A stretch of DNA of 43,175 nt from an uncultured Phycisphaerales bacterium (GTDB taxonomy: Bacteria > Planctomycetota > Phycisphaerae > UBA1845): NCBI GenBank assembly GCA_965371725.1, contig CBDUZO010000027.1, positions 1-43,175 on the forward strand, in the 5' to 3' direction. Positions 10,112 through 21,671 of the stretch are shown here, piece by piece. A program made the translations under genes and the position numbers. Each line of letters begins with the position of its first letter. Position 1 is the first letter of the stretch. A model generated the notes under the pieces. That model saw only the letters and a program-made list of their open reading frames with translations. It ran no database searches and was not told the origin of the DNA.

Positions 10112-10532
10112 GCAAACGACTCCGATCTCTTGGTATGGGCGGGGGGCGACGAAGCACACAGCCCCACTGCCCCCGCTGCCGCGGTTAAAGTCACACCGGC
10201 TCGCCACGTTTGGCAGGACTCGGCGGAGTACTTCAGCTTCGTGTGTCATCGGATTCGACCGGGAATCGGATAAACTTGAAACTCCAACTGGATGGATAAA
10301 AATGTGGCGTACTCGTTACATCCGCCCCCATCGCGCGAAAGCCTCGCTTGCTATGGGCGGACCACTCCCGATCACAGTTCGCTTATCGGGCCATTAGCTC
10401 GCCTCAGCCAGGGCACCGGAACATGCCCGCGTCCCGCGTTATGGGGCGATATATCTCGATTGCCTCTCGTGCGAGCAACCCGCGCGACGGCACAAGACAC
10501 TGGAGCAAACTCTGCTTTTGTGTAGCGACCGA

Positions 10533-10574
10533 CCCCCCTCTTTCCCCCCTTGTCAAGGGGGGATGAAAGGGGGG
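10533..10574. terminator. Long imperfect C6/G6-run hairpin 28 nt downstream of the top6A stop
   Basis: CCCCCCTCTTTCCCCCC-TTGTCAA-GGGGGGATGAAAGGGGGG. Inner C6/G6 arms pair perfectly; outer arms pair with an internal loop. No U-tract follows. Confidence 0.3.
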
Positions 10575-10601
10575 TTCCGCTACACGATTCCCGAAAACGC
10601 T

Positions 10602-11777
10602 CTAATCCAACCACTGTTTCTTGTCGCGCAGCTTCATGGGGGCGTATTGTTCGGTGAGGTAGCTGAGGTCCTTGCTGATCATGGCCTCGACTTCCATCTT
10701 AAAGCCGTTCGAGAGCATCTTCTTGATCTCTCGTTGCCACGGTCGCTTGGCTGCAAACCAGGGATAGTTGGCGATCTGCTTGGCGCGTTTGACATCGTTC
10801 GCATCGAGCGCGATCTTGACATCATCGCTCATGTCGCACCGATCGTAGTCGAAGCTCGAGACGCCGATGAACTTGGCATCGGGGACAGCCATCCGCCTGG
10901 ATTCATAGGCCAGGTTGATCGAGCCATGCTTGATGACGGAGTAGATGTAATATCCCCACGGGTCGTTATCGAGCAGGACGAAGACGGGCAGCTTCAATTC
11001 CTCGTGCATCCGCCTCAGCAATCGCCGCATCCCGCGAGCCGGCTGCCCGCCGCCGTGCGAGATGATGCAGTTGTGTGTCTGCCAGAAGCGATCCTCATGA
11101 AAGCGCCGCCAGACGGTGTCTTTTTCGACGTGCAGGATGAACTTGGCCGAGCACTTCTTGAATTGAATCACATCGGCTTCGACGATACTCGGCACGGCGT
11201 ATCCGGCGCTGCCCATCGCCGAGCAATCGAGCGTGCTCCCGTCGTCGACGAGCGTGATCGGCCCGACCATGTTCCCGCGGTTGCTGGCGAAGACGTGAAG
11301 CTGCTCACGGAGCGAGTCAATAGCGACTTCCAGGTCCTCGATGATCGGGTCGGACTCGCTCTGGTCGTCGAAGGTTTTCTCGTTGGTTCCCTTGATCGTA
11401 TGCTTGGCGAGATAGTAGATCTGACGGATGCTCGCGGTCTTGCCCATCTCGATGAGTTCTTTGCACTTCGACGCGACGAGCATCGTCTGCATGAACCGCT
11501 TGGCCTGACCGTAGTTGAAGAAGTTGCGCGTCTGCTTGCCGTCTCCCATTTCGACGTGGCGCGTGTGTTCGTTGTAGGAAACATTACTCAGCGAGCGAGT
11601 GGGGATGAGCACAGCCGGGTCCTGCTTTCGGTCGGCCATCGTCACGATGGACCTGGCCAACTCCTCCAGCCTCGGCCCGGCAGCGCCGTGACCGTCTCTC
11701 GGCGATCGGCGGGGTTTGGATCGTGCTGTTTTCTTCCCCGTAGCTTTCTTTTGGGTCGCTTTGATCTTCTTAGCCAT
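10602..11777 (-). CDS. top6A: DNA topoisomerase VI subunit A (Spo11/Top6A family)
   Basis: Catalytic-tyrosine motif RQIYY in the CAP/winged-helix domain. Toprim domain with HVEKDTVW and acidic DNDPWG motif. Length (391 aa) and domain order match archaeal Top6A. Has a lysine-rich N-terminal extension (MAKKIKATQKKATGKKTARSKPRR). Confidence 0.85.
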   Translation of the reverse strand: MAKKIKATQKKATGKKTARSKPRRSPRDGHGAAGPRLEELARSIVTMADRKQDPAVLIPTRSLSNVSYNEHTRHVEMGDGKQTRNFFNYGQAKRFMQTMLVASKCKELIEMGKTASIRQIYYLAKHTIKGTNEKTFDDQSESDPIIEDLEVAIDSLREQLHVFASNRGNMVGPITLVDDGSTLDCSAMGSAGYAVPSIVEADVIQFKKCSAKFILHVEKDTVWRRFHEDRFWQTHNCIISHGGGQPARGMRRLLRRMHEELKLPVFVLLDNDPWGYYIYSVIKHGSINLAYESRRMAVPDAKFIGVSSFDYDRCDMSDDVKIALDANDVKRAKQIANYPWFAAKRPWQREIKKMLSNGFKMEVEAMISKDLSYLTEQYAPMKLRDKKQWLD

Positions 11778-11855
11778 TGCGCCGCCTTCTTCCCTTCTGA
11801 GCCTTCCTAACGAGCCGCGGACATAAACCCGCGCGGACTGAAGTCCGCGGCCCTC

Positions 11856-13619
11856 TTACTTCCTGCGTTTCTTCCTACCCTTCCTGGTCTTCACTTTGGC
11901 GCGTTTGGGTTTTCTCCTGGTAGCCTGGGGTTCCGGGTCGGTGAAGAGGGCTTGCGGGCTTGGACGGGGTTCATCCTGCTCGACCACGATCGTGTCCGCC
12001 AGACCCAGGTCGTTGCCCGGGCGCCCTTTCTTGATTACCTTGCCGTGCTCGTCGAACTCGACGTCGGCTTGCGCGGTGTAGACCTTCGACAGGTCAATCA
12101 ATGATCTGCGGAAGTCATCCTTGTTGATCCGCGTGATGGCGTGCGTCGCGTTGACCACCTCGTCGATATAGCGCGTGAAGACATCGCGCCGCTTGCTGTG
12201 CGCCACCTTCTTGCGTTTGCGCCGAAGCAACATGCCCAACCGCCGGCTGCACTCGGCGATCCCAAGCCTGACTTCCTTGCGTATCTCGTCGTAATCGGCG
12301 ACGGCCTCCTTGCCCTCCGAGATGAACGGGACCCACACACTGGCCATGTGGATGAAGATGACCATCGGAGCCGTCGGCAAGGAGCCGCCCGACTGCGAGA
12401 TGCCATAATTGTTCCACTTCGTATCCACGACCGCCTTGAACATAGCGCAGGAACTCTGTTGATAGAGCAGCGGCACACGGTTGGCAAAGCGGATGACCCG
12501 GGCCTGCCGATGGCCCTTGCCGTTTTCATCACCGTCGCGATGATCCGAACCAAGCTCACCGCCGTAGGCCAACCCGACCTCGATTTGGAAGGGATTTCCA
12601 CGATAGACACTCGGCGGGCGCGTGCTGGCGGTGTAGAACTCCGCTTTGATGCCCTTGAGCAACCCGGTCAGGATTGCCTCCGCGCCCATCGGGGCGAGGC
12701 AGTTGGTCGACGGCGCCTTGAGCTTCGTCGCCTGAAGGACGTTGTACAGTCGCTCCGCCACCTGCGGCGTTACGGAGCTGACCCACGTGACCGCCGTAAT
12801 GCCAACCTCTTGGCACACTCTCTTCGCCACCGTGCCGCTGACGCGCGAGAACTCACCACTGAGAAACGCCCCGACTTTCTTGGCTTTGGTCTCCTTGAGC
12901 ATCTTCATCAGCGTACCCAGCTCGATGCCGTAGGGGTGCGGTTTGATCTCCGTCGTTTCCTTGGGCAACGTCTCCGTACCTCGTGGATGCTCGACGGTCT
13001 CGGCACCGGGCGGGTGATAGAGGAAGCGGGCATGCGGGTTGGCGATCGCCGTCAGTTCGAGATACTCGTCGACACTCTGGCGGCCCTTGTTGTGGCTGGC
13101 TTCCAACTCGATCGTCACTTCCGTACCGTGAGGCCAGTCAACCTCGACCACCTCCTCCGCGATGATGTCGGGGCGATTTTTCCTGGTATCGATGGCCAGC
13201 TTGTACATGTGTGCCTGTGAGCGGCTGGAGGTTCGACTGATGATGCGGATTGGTTTGCCCGTGGTGATCAGCCCATACATGCCGGCTGCACTGATTCCGA
13301 TTCCCTGCTGGCCACGGGACATCTTGAGGCGGTGGAACTTGGACCCGTAAAGCAGCTTGCCGAAGACGGGGGGTATCTGGCTCTTGACGATTCCCGGCCC
13401 GTTGTCATGGACGGACACGCTGAACCGGTCCTGGCCAGTCTGTCGGACTGTGATCTCGAGGTCGGGGAGGATGCCGGCTTCCTCGCAAGCGTCAAGACTG
13501 TTGTCGACCGCCTCCTTGACCGTGGTGAGCAGAGCCTTTCGCTTGTTGTCAAAGCCGAGAAGATGGCGATTCTTGGCAAAAAATTCCGAAACGGATATCT
13601 CGCGTTGCTGCTTGGCCAT
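11856..13619 (-). CDS. top6B: DNA topoisomerase VI subunit B (GHKL ATPase, Top6B)
   Basis: Bergerat-fold N-box EAVDNSLDA and G1-box DNGPGI. N-terminal SVSEFFAKNRHLLGF matches the canonical Top6B start. Transducer domain present, with a basic C-terminal tail RRKPKRAKVKTRKGRKKRRK. The ORF stays open upstream to 13817, so the true start may be 13619 (MAKQQ), 13760 or 13817. Confidence 0.85.
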   Translation of the reverse strand: MAKQQREISVSEFFAKNRHLLGFDNKRKALLTTVKEAVDNSLDACEEAGILPDLEITVRQTGQDRFSVSVHDNGPGIVKSQIPPVFGKLLYGSKFHRLKMSRGQQGIGISAAGMYGLITTGKPIRIISRTSSRSQAHMYKLAIDTRKNRPDIIAEEVVEVDWPHGTEVTIELEASHNKGRQSVDEYLELTAIANPHARFLYHPPGAETVEHPRGTETLPKETTEIKPHPYGIELGTLMKMLKETKAKKVGAFLSGEFSRVSGTVAKRVCQEVGITAVTWVSSVTPQVAERLYNVLQATKLKAPSTNCLAPMGAEAILTGLLKGIKAEFYTASTRPPSVYRGNPFQIEVGLAYGGELGSDHRDGDENGKGHRQARVIRFANRVPLLYQQSSCAMFKAVVDTKWNNYGISQSGGSLPTAPMVIFIHMASVWVPFISEGKEAVADYDEIRKEVRLGIAECSRRLGMLLRRKRKKVAHSKRRDVFTRYIDEVVNATHAITRINKDDFRRSLIDLSKVYTAQADVEFDEHGKVIKKGRPGNDLGLADTIVVEQDEPRPSPQALFTDPEPQATRRKPKRAKVKTRKGRKKRRK

Positions 13620-13849
13620 CGACTCAGCCGTGGTCCGGCCGCGCGCGGGAGTGGCGCGCGTGGCTCCCGGAATGGGAGGCGACGGCTTCCGGGTCGCTAA
13701 TCGACGGCTTGATGGCTTCTTTTCCGGCACGTCTGTGTCCAACTCCGGCGGGGGGAACATGAGGGCCAATTGGCCCTCCGGTGATGACGCTACTGTGGCG
13801 GGGGGTTCGGTTGCCATCCGTGGCTCTCCGGCAATACCCGGGTGCTCCC

Positions 13850-13940
13850 TGGAACAAGTTCTTTTTTGATGTAGCGTCCGAATCCCGAAGTCTCCCGAAG
13901 ATTCCTGGCCGCCGGACGCTACGAGACCACTGAAAGCGCT
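13850..13940 (+). repeat. Copy A of a ~90-bp intergenic hairpin repeat family
   Basis: Nearly identical to 21490..21580 and to the reverse complement of 29352..29441. Contains a 10-bp inverted repeat, GTAGCGTCCG...CGGACGCTAC, flanking a conserved core. Confidence 0.8.
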
Positions 13941-14123
13941 TCAGAACGAGCCCATCTTAGCAACGCTGCAACGTCCTTCAACAGTGACATCGCGGGACTT
14001 CGTCCGGACGCGTGTCGGCGGGCGGGCTTTGGCGCGATCAGGGCACACAGTCCACCCAGGCGACCGCCGAACACATCGCCCCAACGCGCTCGGGACACGG
14101 CCCGACAAAACACTCCCGCAGGA

Positions 14124-14152
14124 CTGGCGGTCGAGTAGTTTCCTGGTATAAT
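14124..14152 (+). promoter_or_regulatory. Putative dnaA promoter with an extended -10 (TGGTATAAT)
   Basis: Perfect TATAAT preceded by TGn, 130 nt upstream of the dnaA ATG in an otherwise GC-rich region. The -35 element (CTGGCG) is weak. Confidence 0.4.
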
Positions 14153-14284
14153 CAACCCCTGCGCCACCCAGCATGGATGGCGCTCATAACCCCTTGTGTC
14201 GCATGAGTTTATGGCTCTTGCTGGCGGACCTTTCACGATTCAAGGTTCGCGATGCTACGCGACTCCTGTAGTCCGGCACTGAGC

Positions 14285-15601
14285 ATGGCAACCAACCTTC
14301 AAACGCGCTGGGATGATATTCTCGCTCAGGTCCGCCTGAACCAACCGCACCTTGTCCGAGGCTGGTTCACCGACATCGAGTTGATGGGCGTGGACGGGGG
14401 CGTACTGGTAATTCGAGCGCGCAACGGCGCCCAGAAGCGGTACCTCCAGCAGCACTGCCGTTCGGCGTTCGTGGAGGCTTCCCAGGCTGCCACCGGCCGT
14501 CTGATCACTGTCGAGTTCGAGGCGGTGGACGATCAGGATGATGCGCCCGCGCCCGACCCTTCGTTTCCCGCGGCCTGGGAGGAGCTGTCCGTCAACCCGG
14601 ATTATACCTTCGACAACTTCGTAACCGGCCCCTGCAACCGCCTCGCTCACGCCGCGGCGCTCGCCATCGCAGACGAACCGGGTCGAGCCTACAATCCCTT
14701 CTTTGTCTATGGTACGGTGGGTTTAGGGAAGACCCACCTGCTTCAAGCGATCTACCACGCGATCCGCGAGCGGAAGCCGGGGGTAAAGTGTCTTTACCTT
14801 TCGTGTGAGACCTTCATCAACCACTTCATCGAGGCCGTCGAGAGCGGGGCGCTGCACCAGTTCCGCTATCGCTACCGCCATGTTGACCTGCTGGTCATCG
14901 ATGATATCCAGTTCCTCGCCGAGCGCGAGCGAAGCCAGGAGGAGTTCTTTCACACGTTCAACACGCTTCACCAATCGCAGCGGCAGATCATCCTATCGGC
15001 TGACTGTTCGCCATCGGAGATTCCAAGCCTGGAAGAGCGCCTGGTCAGCCGCTTCGGCTCCGGCCTGGTGGCCCTGCTGGATCGCCCGTGCTACGAGACC
15101 CGTATGGCCATCCTTCGCAAGAAGGCAAAGCTGCGCTGTATCGAGGTTCCGGAGGACGTGATTGCCTTCGCGGCGAACCGGGTTAATGCGAACAACCGTG
15201 AGCTGGAAGGCGCCTTGATCAAGATTGACGCACTAAGCCAGACGCAATCGGGCGTCATCACGCTCGATCTGGCCCGCGAAGCGCTGGGCACGCCGACCAG
15301 CCAGCCGGTCAAGATCCCCGTAATCCTGGAGGTGGTCGCGCGACGGTTTGACCTGAAGGTATCCGATCTCCAGGGCAAGCGGCGCTCGAAGTCCATCACA
15401 CACCCGCGTCACGTGTGCATGTACCTAGCCCGAAAGCTCACCGCACAGAGCCTCGAGGAGATCGGGGGCTACTTCGGTGGGCGCGATCACACGACGGTGC
15501 TGCACGCGAGCCGGGCGGTCACACTGGCTGCGGAGCAGGACTCGATGCTGGCGGCCACGCTTGACGAGATCACCTCGGAGGTCAAGAATGTGCGGTATTA
15601 G
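14285..15601 (+). CDS. dnaA: Chromosomal replication initiator protein DnaA
   Basis: AAA+ Walker A GTVGLGKTHLL, sensor and box motifs (RELEGALIKI), and a C-terminal DNA-binding domain (KSITHPRHVCMYLARKLT). Confidence 0.95.
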   Translation: MATNLQTRWDDILAQVRLNQPHLVRGWFTDIELMGVDGGVLVIRARNGAQKRYLQQHCRSAFVEASQAATGRLITVEFEAVDDQDDAPAPDPSFPAAWEELSVNPDYTFDNFVTGPCNRLAHAAALAIADEPGRAYNPFFVYGTVGLGKTHLLQAIYHAIRERKPGVKCLYLSCETFINHFIEAVESGALHQFRYRYRHVDLLVIDDIQFLAERERSQEEFFHTFNTLHQSQRQIILSADCSPSEIPSLEERLVSRFGSGLVALLDRPCYETRMAILRKKAKLRCIEVPEDVIAFAANRVNANNRELEGALIKIDALSQTQSGVITLDLAREALGTPTSQPVKIPVILEVVARRFDLKVSDLQGKRRSKSITHPRHVCMYLARKLTAQSLEEIGGYFGGRDHTTVLHASRAVTLAAEQDSMLAATLDEITSEVKNVRY

Positions 15602-15779
15602 CCACGTAAGTAGTAGTGGCGTTCTTGTCGGTTCACCGGCTTTAAGCAACCGGTCCCCGGCGGGCCTGCGCGGCGGTGTGCGATTCCCTGCCGGTTCTCA
15701 CGGCATTGGCCACAACCTTCGCACAGCCGGTTGGGCTTCGACGGCGAGGCAGGATCCGCTATTACAGGTGCTTACGTGT

Positions 15780-15896
15780 TTCGCTGTCCGTTATCACACG
15801 GTTGTAACGTCACCTATGATGACTATGAGACTTATATATTAGGTACCTAATAGAGGGCGCGTAACTGTTTAAACTTCAAAGAGGCATCGAGTTCGC
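15780..15896. other. Candidate oriC unwinding region in the dnaA-dnaN intergenic spacer
   Basis: Sharp local AT enrichment (CTTATATATTAGGTACCTAATAGAG, including the palindrome TTAGGTACCTAA and GTTTAAAC). A degenerate DnaA-box-like GTTATCACA. Positioned where many bacteria place oriC. Confidence 0.3.
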
Positions 15897-17003
15897 ATGA
15901 AACTTCGATTCAACCGACAAGAGATGGCGGATGCTCTCTCGGCTTTATGTCTGGTGGCAGCTGCACGTACCACGAAGGAAATCCTGAAGTGTGTTCGGGT
16001 GGAAGCCCAAGCCGACGTGCTGTTGTTGGCGGCCACGGATCTGGAGTTGAGCTTGCGCTGCGCGATCGCGCAGGTCGAGGTTGATGATCCCGGCGAAACG
16101 CTGGTGGTGGCTGATACGCTGGCGAAGATCGTGCGGGAGTGCACGGATGAAGTGCTCACCCTGGACACCGACGAGAGCATGCTGCACATTCGTGGCGCTG
16201 GAAGTCACTTTCAAATCGTCACGCAGGACGCGGCCGAGTTCCCACCGGTGCCCGTGATGGAGGGCGACCCCGGTTTCACGATCGAGGACGGCCAGCTTAC
16301 CCGGTTGATTGAGTGGACCGCGTTCGCGGCTGCAAGAGAGAGTACGCGCTATGCGATCAACGGTGTGCTGTGGGAGCTTGAGGGTGAGAAGCTGACAATG
16401 AGCGCAACCGATGGGCGCCGCTTGTCCGTCGGCAGGGCGCAGGTCCAAATCGGGGATTCGAACTCCGCCACCAGCGCGATCGTTCCGGGCAAGGCCCTTT
16501 CCGTTATCAGTCGGCTTTCCGTCGCGGATGACGCGATGGTCGGCGTGAAGATCACGGGCAATCAGTTGCTGCTTACCGTTGGCGGATCGCTGGTGGGGAC
16601 ATCGCTCCTGGAAGGTCGGTTCCCGAAGTACCAGGACGTGATTCCGACGGATTGTGACCGGAAGGCTCGCTTGAACTCTCTGGAGTTTCTTGGGGCGCTG
16701 AAACAGGCGGCGTTGTTGACCAACGAGGAGTCCAAGGGTGTCCGTCTGGCGTTTACCGAGGGGGTGCTCACCCTGTCAAGCCGCGCACCCGAGCAGGGAG
16801 AGGCTACGATCTCGATCCCCGCTGAGTACTCGGGTGAGCCCGTGGAGATCGGGTTTAATCCGGTCTTTCTGTTGGATATGTTACGTGTGGTCCGCACGGA
16901 TGAGGTCACAATCGAGCTCAAGGACGCGAACCGCCCCGGTGTGGTCCGGGTGGACGGTGATTTTGTCTATGTCGTGATGCCGGTCAGTCTTTCGTCGGCA
17001 TAG
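15897..17003 (+). CDS. dnaN: DNA polymerase III beta sliding clamp
   Basis: Three-domain beta-clamp. N-terminus MKLRFNRQEMADALSALCLVAAART is typical for DnaN, and it directly follows dnaA. Confidence 0.95.
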   Translation: MKLRFNRQEMADALSALCLVAAARTTKEILKCVRVEAQADVLLLAATDLELSLRCAIAQVEVDDPGETLVVADTLAKIVRECTDEVLTLDTDESMLHIRGAGSHFQIVTQDAAEFPPVPVMEGDPGFTIEDGQLTRLIEWTAFAAARESTRYAINGVLWELEGEKLTMSATDGRRLSVGRAQVQIGDSNSATSAIVPGKALSVISRLSVADDAMVGVKITGNQLLLTVGGSLVGTSLLEGRFPKYQDVIPTDCDRKARLNSLEFLGALKQAALLTNEESKGVRLAFTEGVLTLSSRAPEQGEATISIPAEYSGEPVEIGFNPVFLLDMLRVVRTDEVTIELKDANRPGVVRVDGDFVYVVMPVSLSSA

Positions 17004-17018
17004 AACCGGTGGGTTGTA

Positions 17019-17402
17019 GTGGCTGATGATGACCGCTTGAAGTGGGTTCAGAGGAATCGAACCCGGCGTGATCGGGTACAGCAAGCCGGGACGCTCTTGG
17101 CGCGGTTGGTGAAGCGCGTAGCGGTTGATGGTGCGTCGTCGGGAATCGCAGCCGCCCTGGCAGGCGTGGTTGACGAGGAGTTTCGGAAGCATTGTCGGAT
17201 CGGCGGCGTGCGCTCGGGGACGCTCATGATCAGCGTGGACGAAGCTTCCTTGGCCTACACGATGCGCATGCAATGGCTGGCTCCTCTGTCCAAGGCACTG
17301 TCGGCCCGTGCGGGGATCGGGCCGATCGACCGGATCGCGTTCGAGTTCGGGCATGCCGGGGTGCGTGTGCCGGCGCGCGAAGATCAACCGGTGCGGGATT
17401 GA
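17019..17402 (+). CDS. DUF721 family protein (DciA-like helicase-loader candidate)
   Basis: Small basic protein in the conserved dnaN-X-gyrB position that DUF721/DciA genes occupy. Weak similarity to the DUF721 consensus (RIGGVRSGTLMISVDEASLAYTMRMQ). Confidence 0.5.
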   Translation: MADDDRLKWVQRNRTRRDRVQQAGTLLARLVKRVAVDGASSGIAAALAGVVDEEFRKHCRIGGVRSGTLMISVDEASLAYTMRMQWLAPLSKALSARAGIGPIDRIAFEFGHAGVRVPAREDQPVRD

Positions 17403-17448
17403 CAACGGTTTACGTGTTTGTTTGCCTTTTTTTGGGCCGCTCGAATGA

Positions 17449-20037
<2,589 letters not shown>

Positions 20038-20045
20038 CGCGCCGC

Positions 20046-20060
20046 GCCCGGGCACCGGGC
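20046..20060. terminator. Short GC hairpin (GCCCGG-GCA-CCGGGC) between convergent gyrB and DUF1015 genes
   Basis: Perfect 6-bp palindrome read from the sequence. No U-tract follows. Confidence 0.2.
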
Positions 20061-20134
20061 AAGCTCCACATCGACACAACGATGGTCATTCTCGCGGGCA
20101 GCCTGCAGCGCCCGCGCTCGTGGACCCTTGCGCC

Positions 20135-21379
20135 TCACGCCAGCGGGTTGAGGGTCATGCCTGTGGCGAGTTTGGGGTAGAAGTAGGTGCTTTTTTGGGG
20201 CATCAGGCCGCCGGCTTCGCTGACCGCGCGGAGGTGCGCCATGGGCGTGGCTTTCACCAGCAGCGCGACGCCCGACTCATCCCGTGCCGCCCTCTTGGCA
20301 TCGTCGGCCGACTTGACCCATCGGACTGTCGGAGTCTTGCCGCCGAGCTTCCGCGTGAGCAGTTCGTCGATCAGATACCGATGCAGGTAGGCGTAGTCGA
20401 GGTCGTACCAGGGTTCGCACTGATCCGGCTCAAGTGTCTTGAGCTTGGCACGATCCGTGAACCGCAGGGCGGCCTCCTTCCCGGTCGAGCCCTCGTGCAG
20501 AACGATGTCGGCTTCCTCGCCCGAGGCCGGAGCCGTCCCGGCAGACAGAGCGTCCGTCAGCGTCGCGAGGTCGATGTCGGTGATCGTCCGGTTGTACGGG
20601 AGGATCAGGCAACCCGGATCATCCATGCTCGCCAGGACGAACATCACATAATTGGCGGGGTGGTCCGCCGGCAGGGAGCCGCCTTGCCGTGACGTGAGCC
20701 AATCGCGGTAGAGCAGGGCCGTGCCGTAGCGGTGGTGGCCGTCGGCAATGTAGATTTTCTTGTCGGCCATCTCCCGCGCGACGCCGGCGATGACATCCGT
20801 GTCGGAGACGACCCAAAGCTGGTTTGCGACGCCGTCGATATCCGCCGTCACGGTTGGTGCGGTAGAGGCCGTGGCTGCAAAAGCCTTGCCGATTCGATCC
20901 TCCGGGTCGGCGTACAGGCCGAAGATGGGAGAGAGTTGACACTTCGTGGCCTTCATCAGTGCGAGCCGATCTTCCTTCGGCCCGCCGAAAGTCTTCTCAT
21001 GCGGGAGGACCGTGCCTTCCGAGAAAGGTGCGAGCCGCACGCGGGCGATGTATTTCCTGCGCGTGTAGGACTTGCCCTCACACGTGAAGCGCTGGTGATA
21101 GAGGTAGAGTGCGGGTCTTTCCTCGCGGATGAGCGTGCCCTCGTCGAGCCAGGCGGCGAGCGTCCTGGCGGCGTTGTCATAGACCTCCGCCGGTCCCGCG
21201 GACTTGGGGGGGATGTGTGGCAGGTCGATGGCCACGATGTTGTGATCGCTCCTTCCGAGCAGGGAGTCCTTGTCGGTCTGGTCGAGCACGTCGTACGGCG
21301 GGGCGATCAGCTTGGACACATCGCCAAGGGTGTTCGTCTGGTCGAAACGGATGGCGCTGAACGGTGTAATCTCCGGCAT
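20135..21379 (-). CDS. DUF1015 family protein
   Basis: Hallmark YIADGHHRY motif and length typical of DUF1015. Start taken at MPEITPF; the ORF extends to 21451. Confidence 0.7.
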   Translation of the reverse strand: MPEITPFSAIRFDQTNTLGDVSKLIAPPYDVLDQTDKDSLLGRSDHNIVAIDLPHIPPKSAGPAEVYDNAARTLAAWLDEGTLIREERPALYLYHQRFTCEGKSYTRRKYIARVRLAPFSEGTVLPHEKTFGGPKEDRLALMKATKCQLSPIFGLYADPEDRIGKAFAATASTAPTVTADIDGVANQLWVVSDTDVIAGVAREMADKKIYIADGHHRYGTALLYRDWLTSRQGGSLPADHPANYVMFVLASMDDPGCLILPYNRTITDIDLATLTDALSAGTAPASGEEADIVLHEGSTGKEAALRFTDRAKLKTLEPDQCEPWYDLDYAYLHRYLIDELLTRKLGGKTPTVRWVKSADDAKRAARDESGVALLVKATPMAHLRAVSEAGGLMPQKSTYFYPKLATGMTLNPLA

Positions 21380-21489
21380 CTTGGGCTCCTTTGGGCTTGC
21401 TCCACGCTCCCGTAGGGGAAGCAGGGTAACAACGGCGCGAAGGTGGTGCAAGTGCTCTTCAAAGGGCCCCGGCAGCGACGTCGTAGGCT

Positions 21490-21580
21490 AGAACAAGTTC
21501 TATTTTGATGTAGCGTCCGAATCCCGAAGTCTCCCGGAGATTCTTCGCCGTCGGACGCTTGCGAGATCACTGAAAGCGTT
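21490..21580 (+). repeat. Copy B of the ~90-bp intergenic hairpin repeat family
   Basis: About 90% identical to 13850..13940. Lies in the divergent promoter region between the DUF1015 gene and the QueC-like gene. Confidence 0.8.
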
Positions 21581-21671
21581 CTGGTTTCGATCGCCCCTGC
21601 GCGGTGAACGTGCCGATAAAGCCAGAGCGAACTTATGGACAACCGCGCCGCAGTCGCAGGGAGATTAAGCC

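Noticed and set aside
10518-11810. 430-aa ORF on the plus strand
   Set aside because: It is antisense across the whole top6A gene. Long open frames on the opposite strand are expected in high-GC DNA. Top6A has clear homology and the antisense frame has none.
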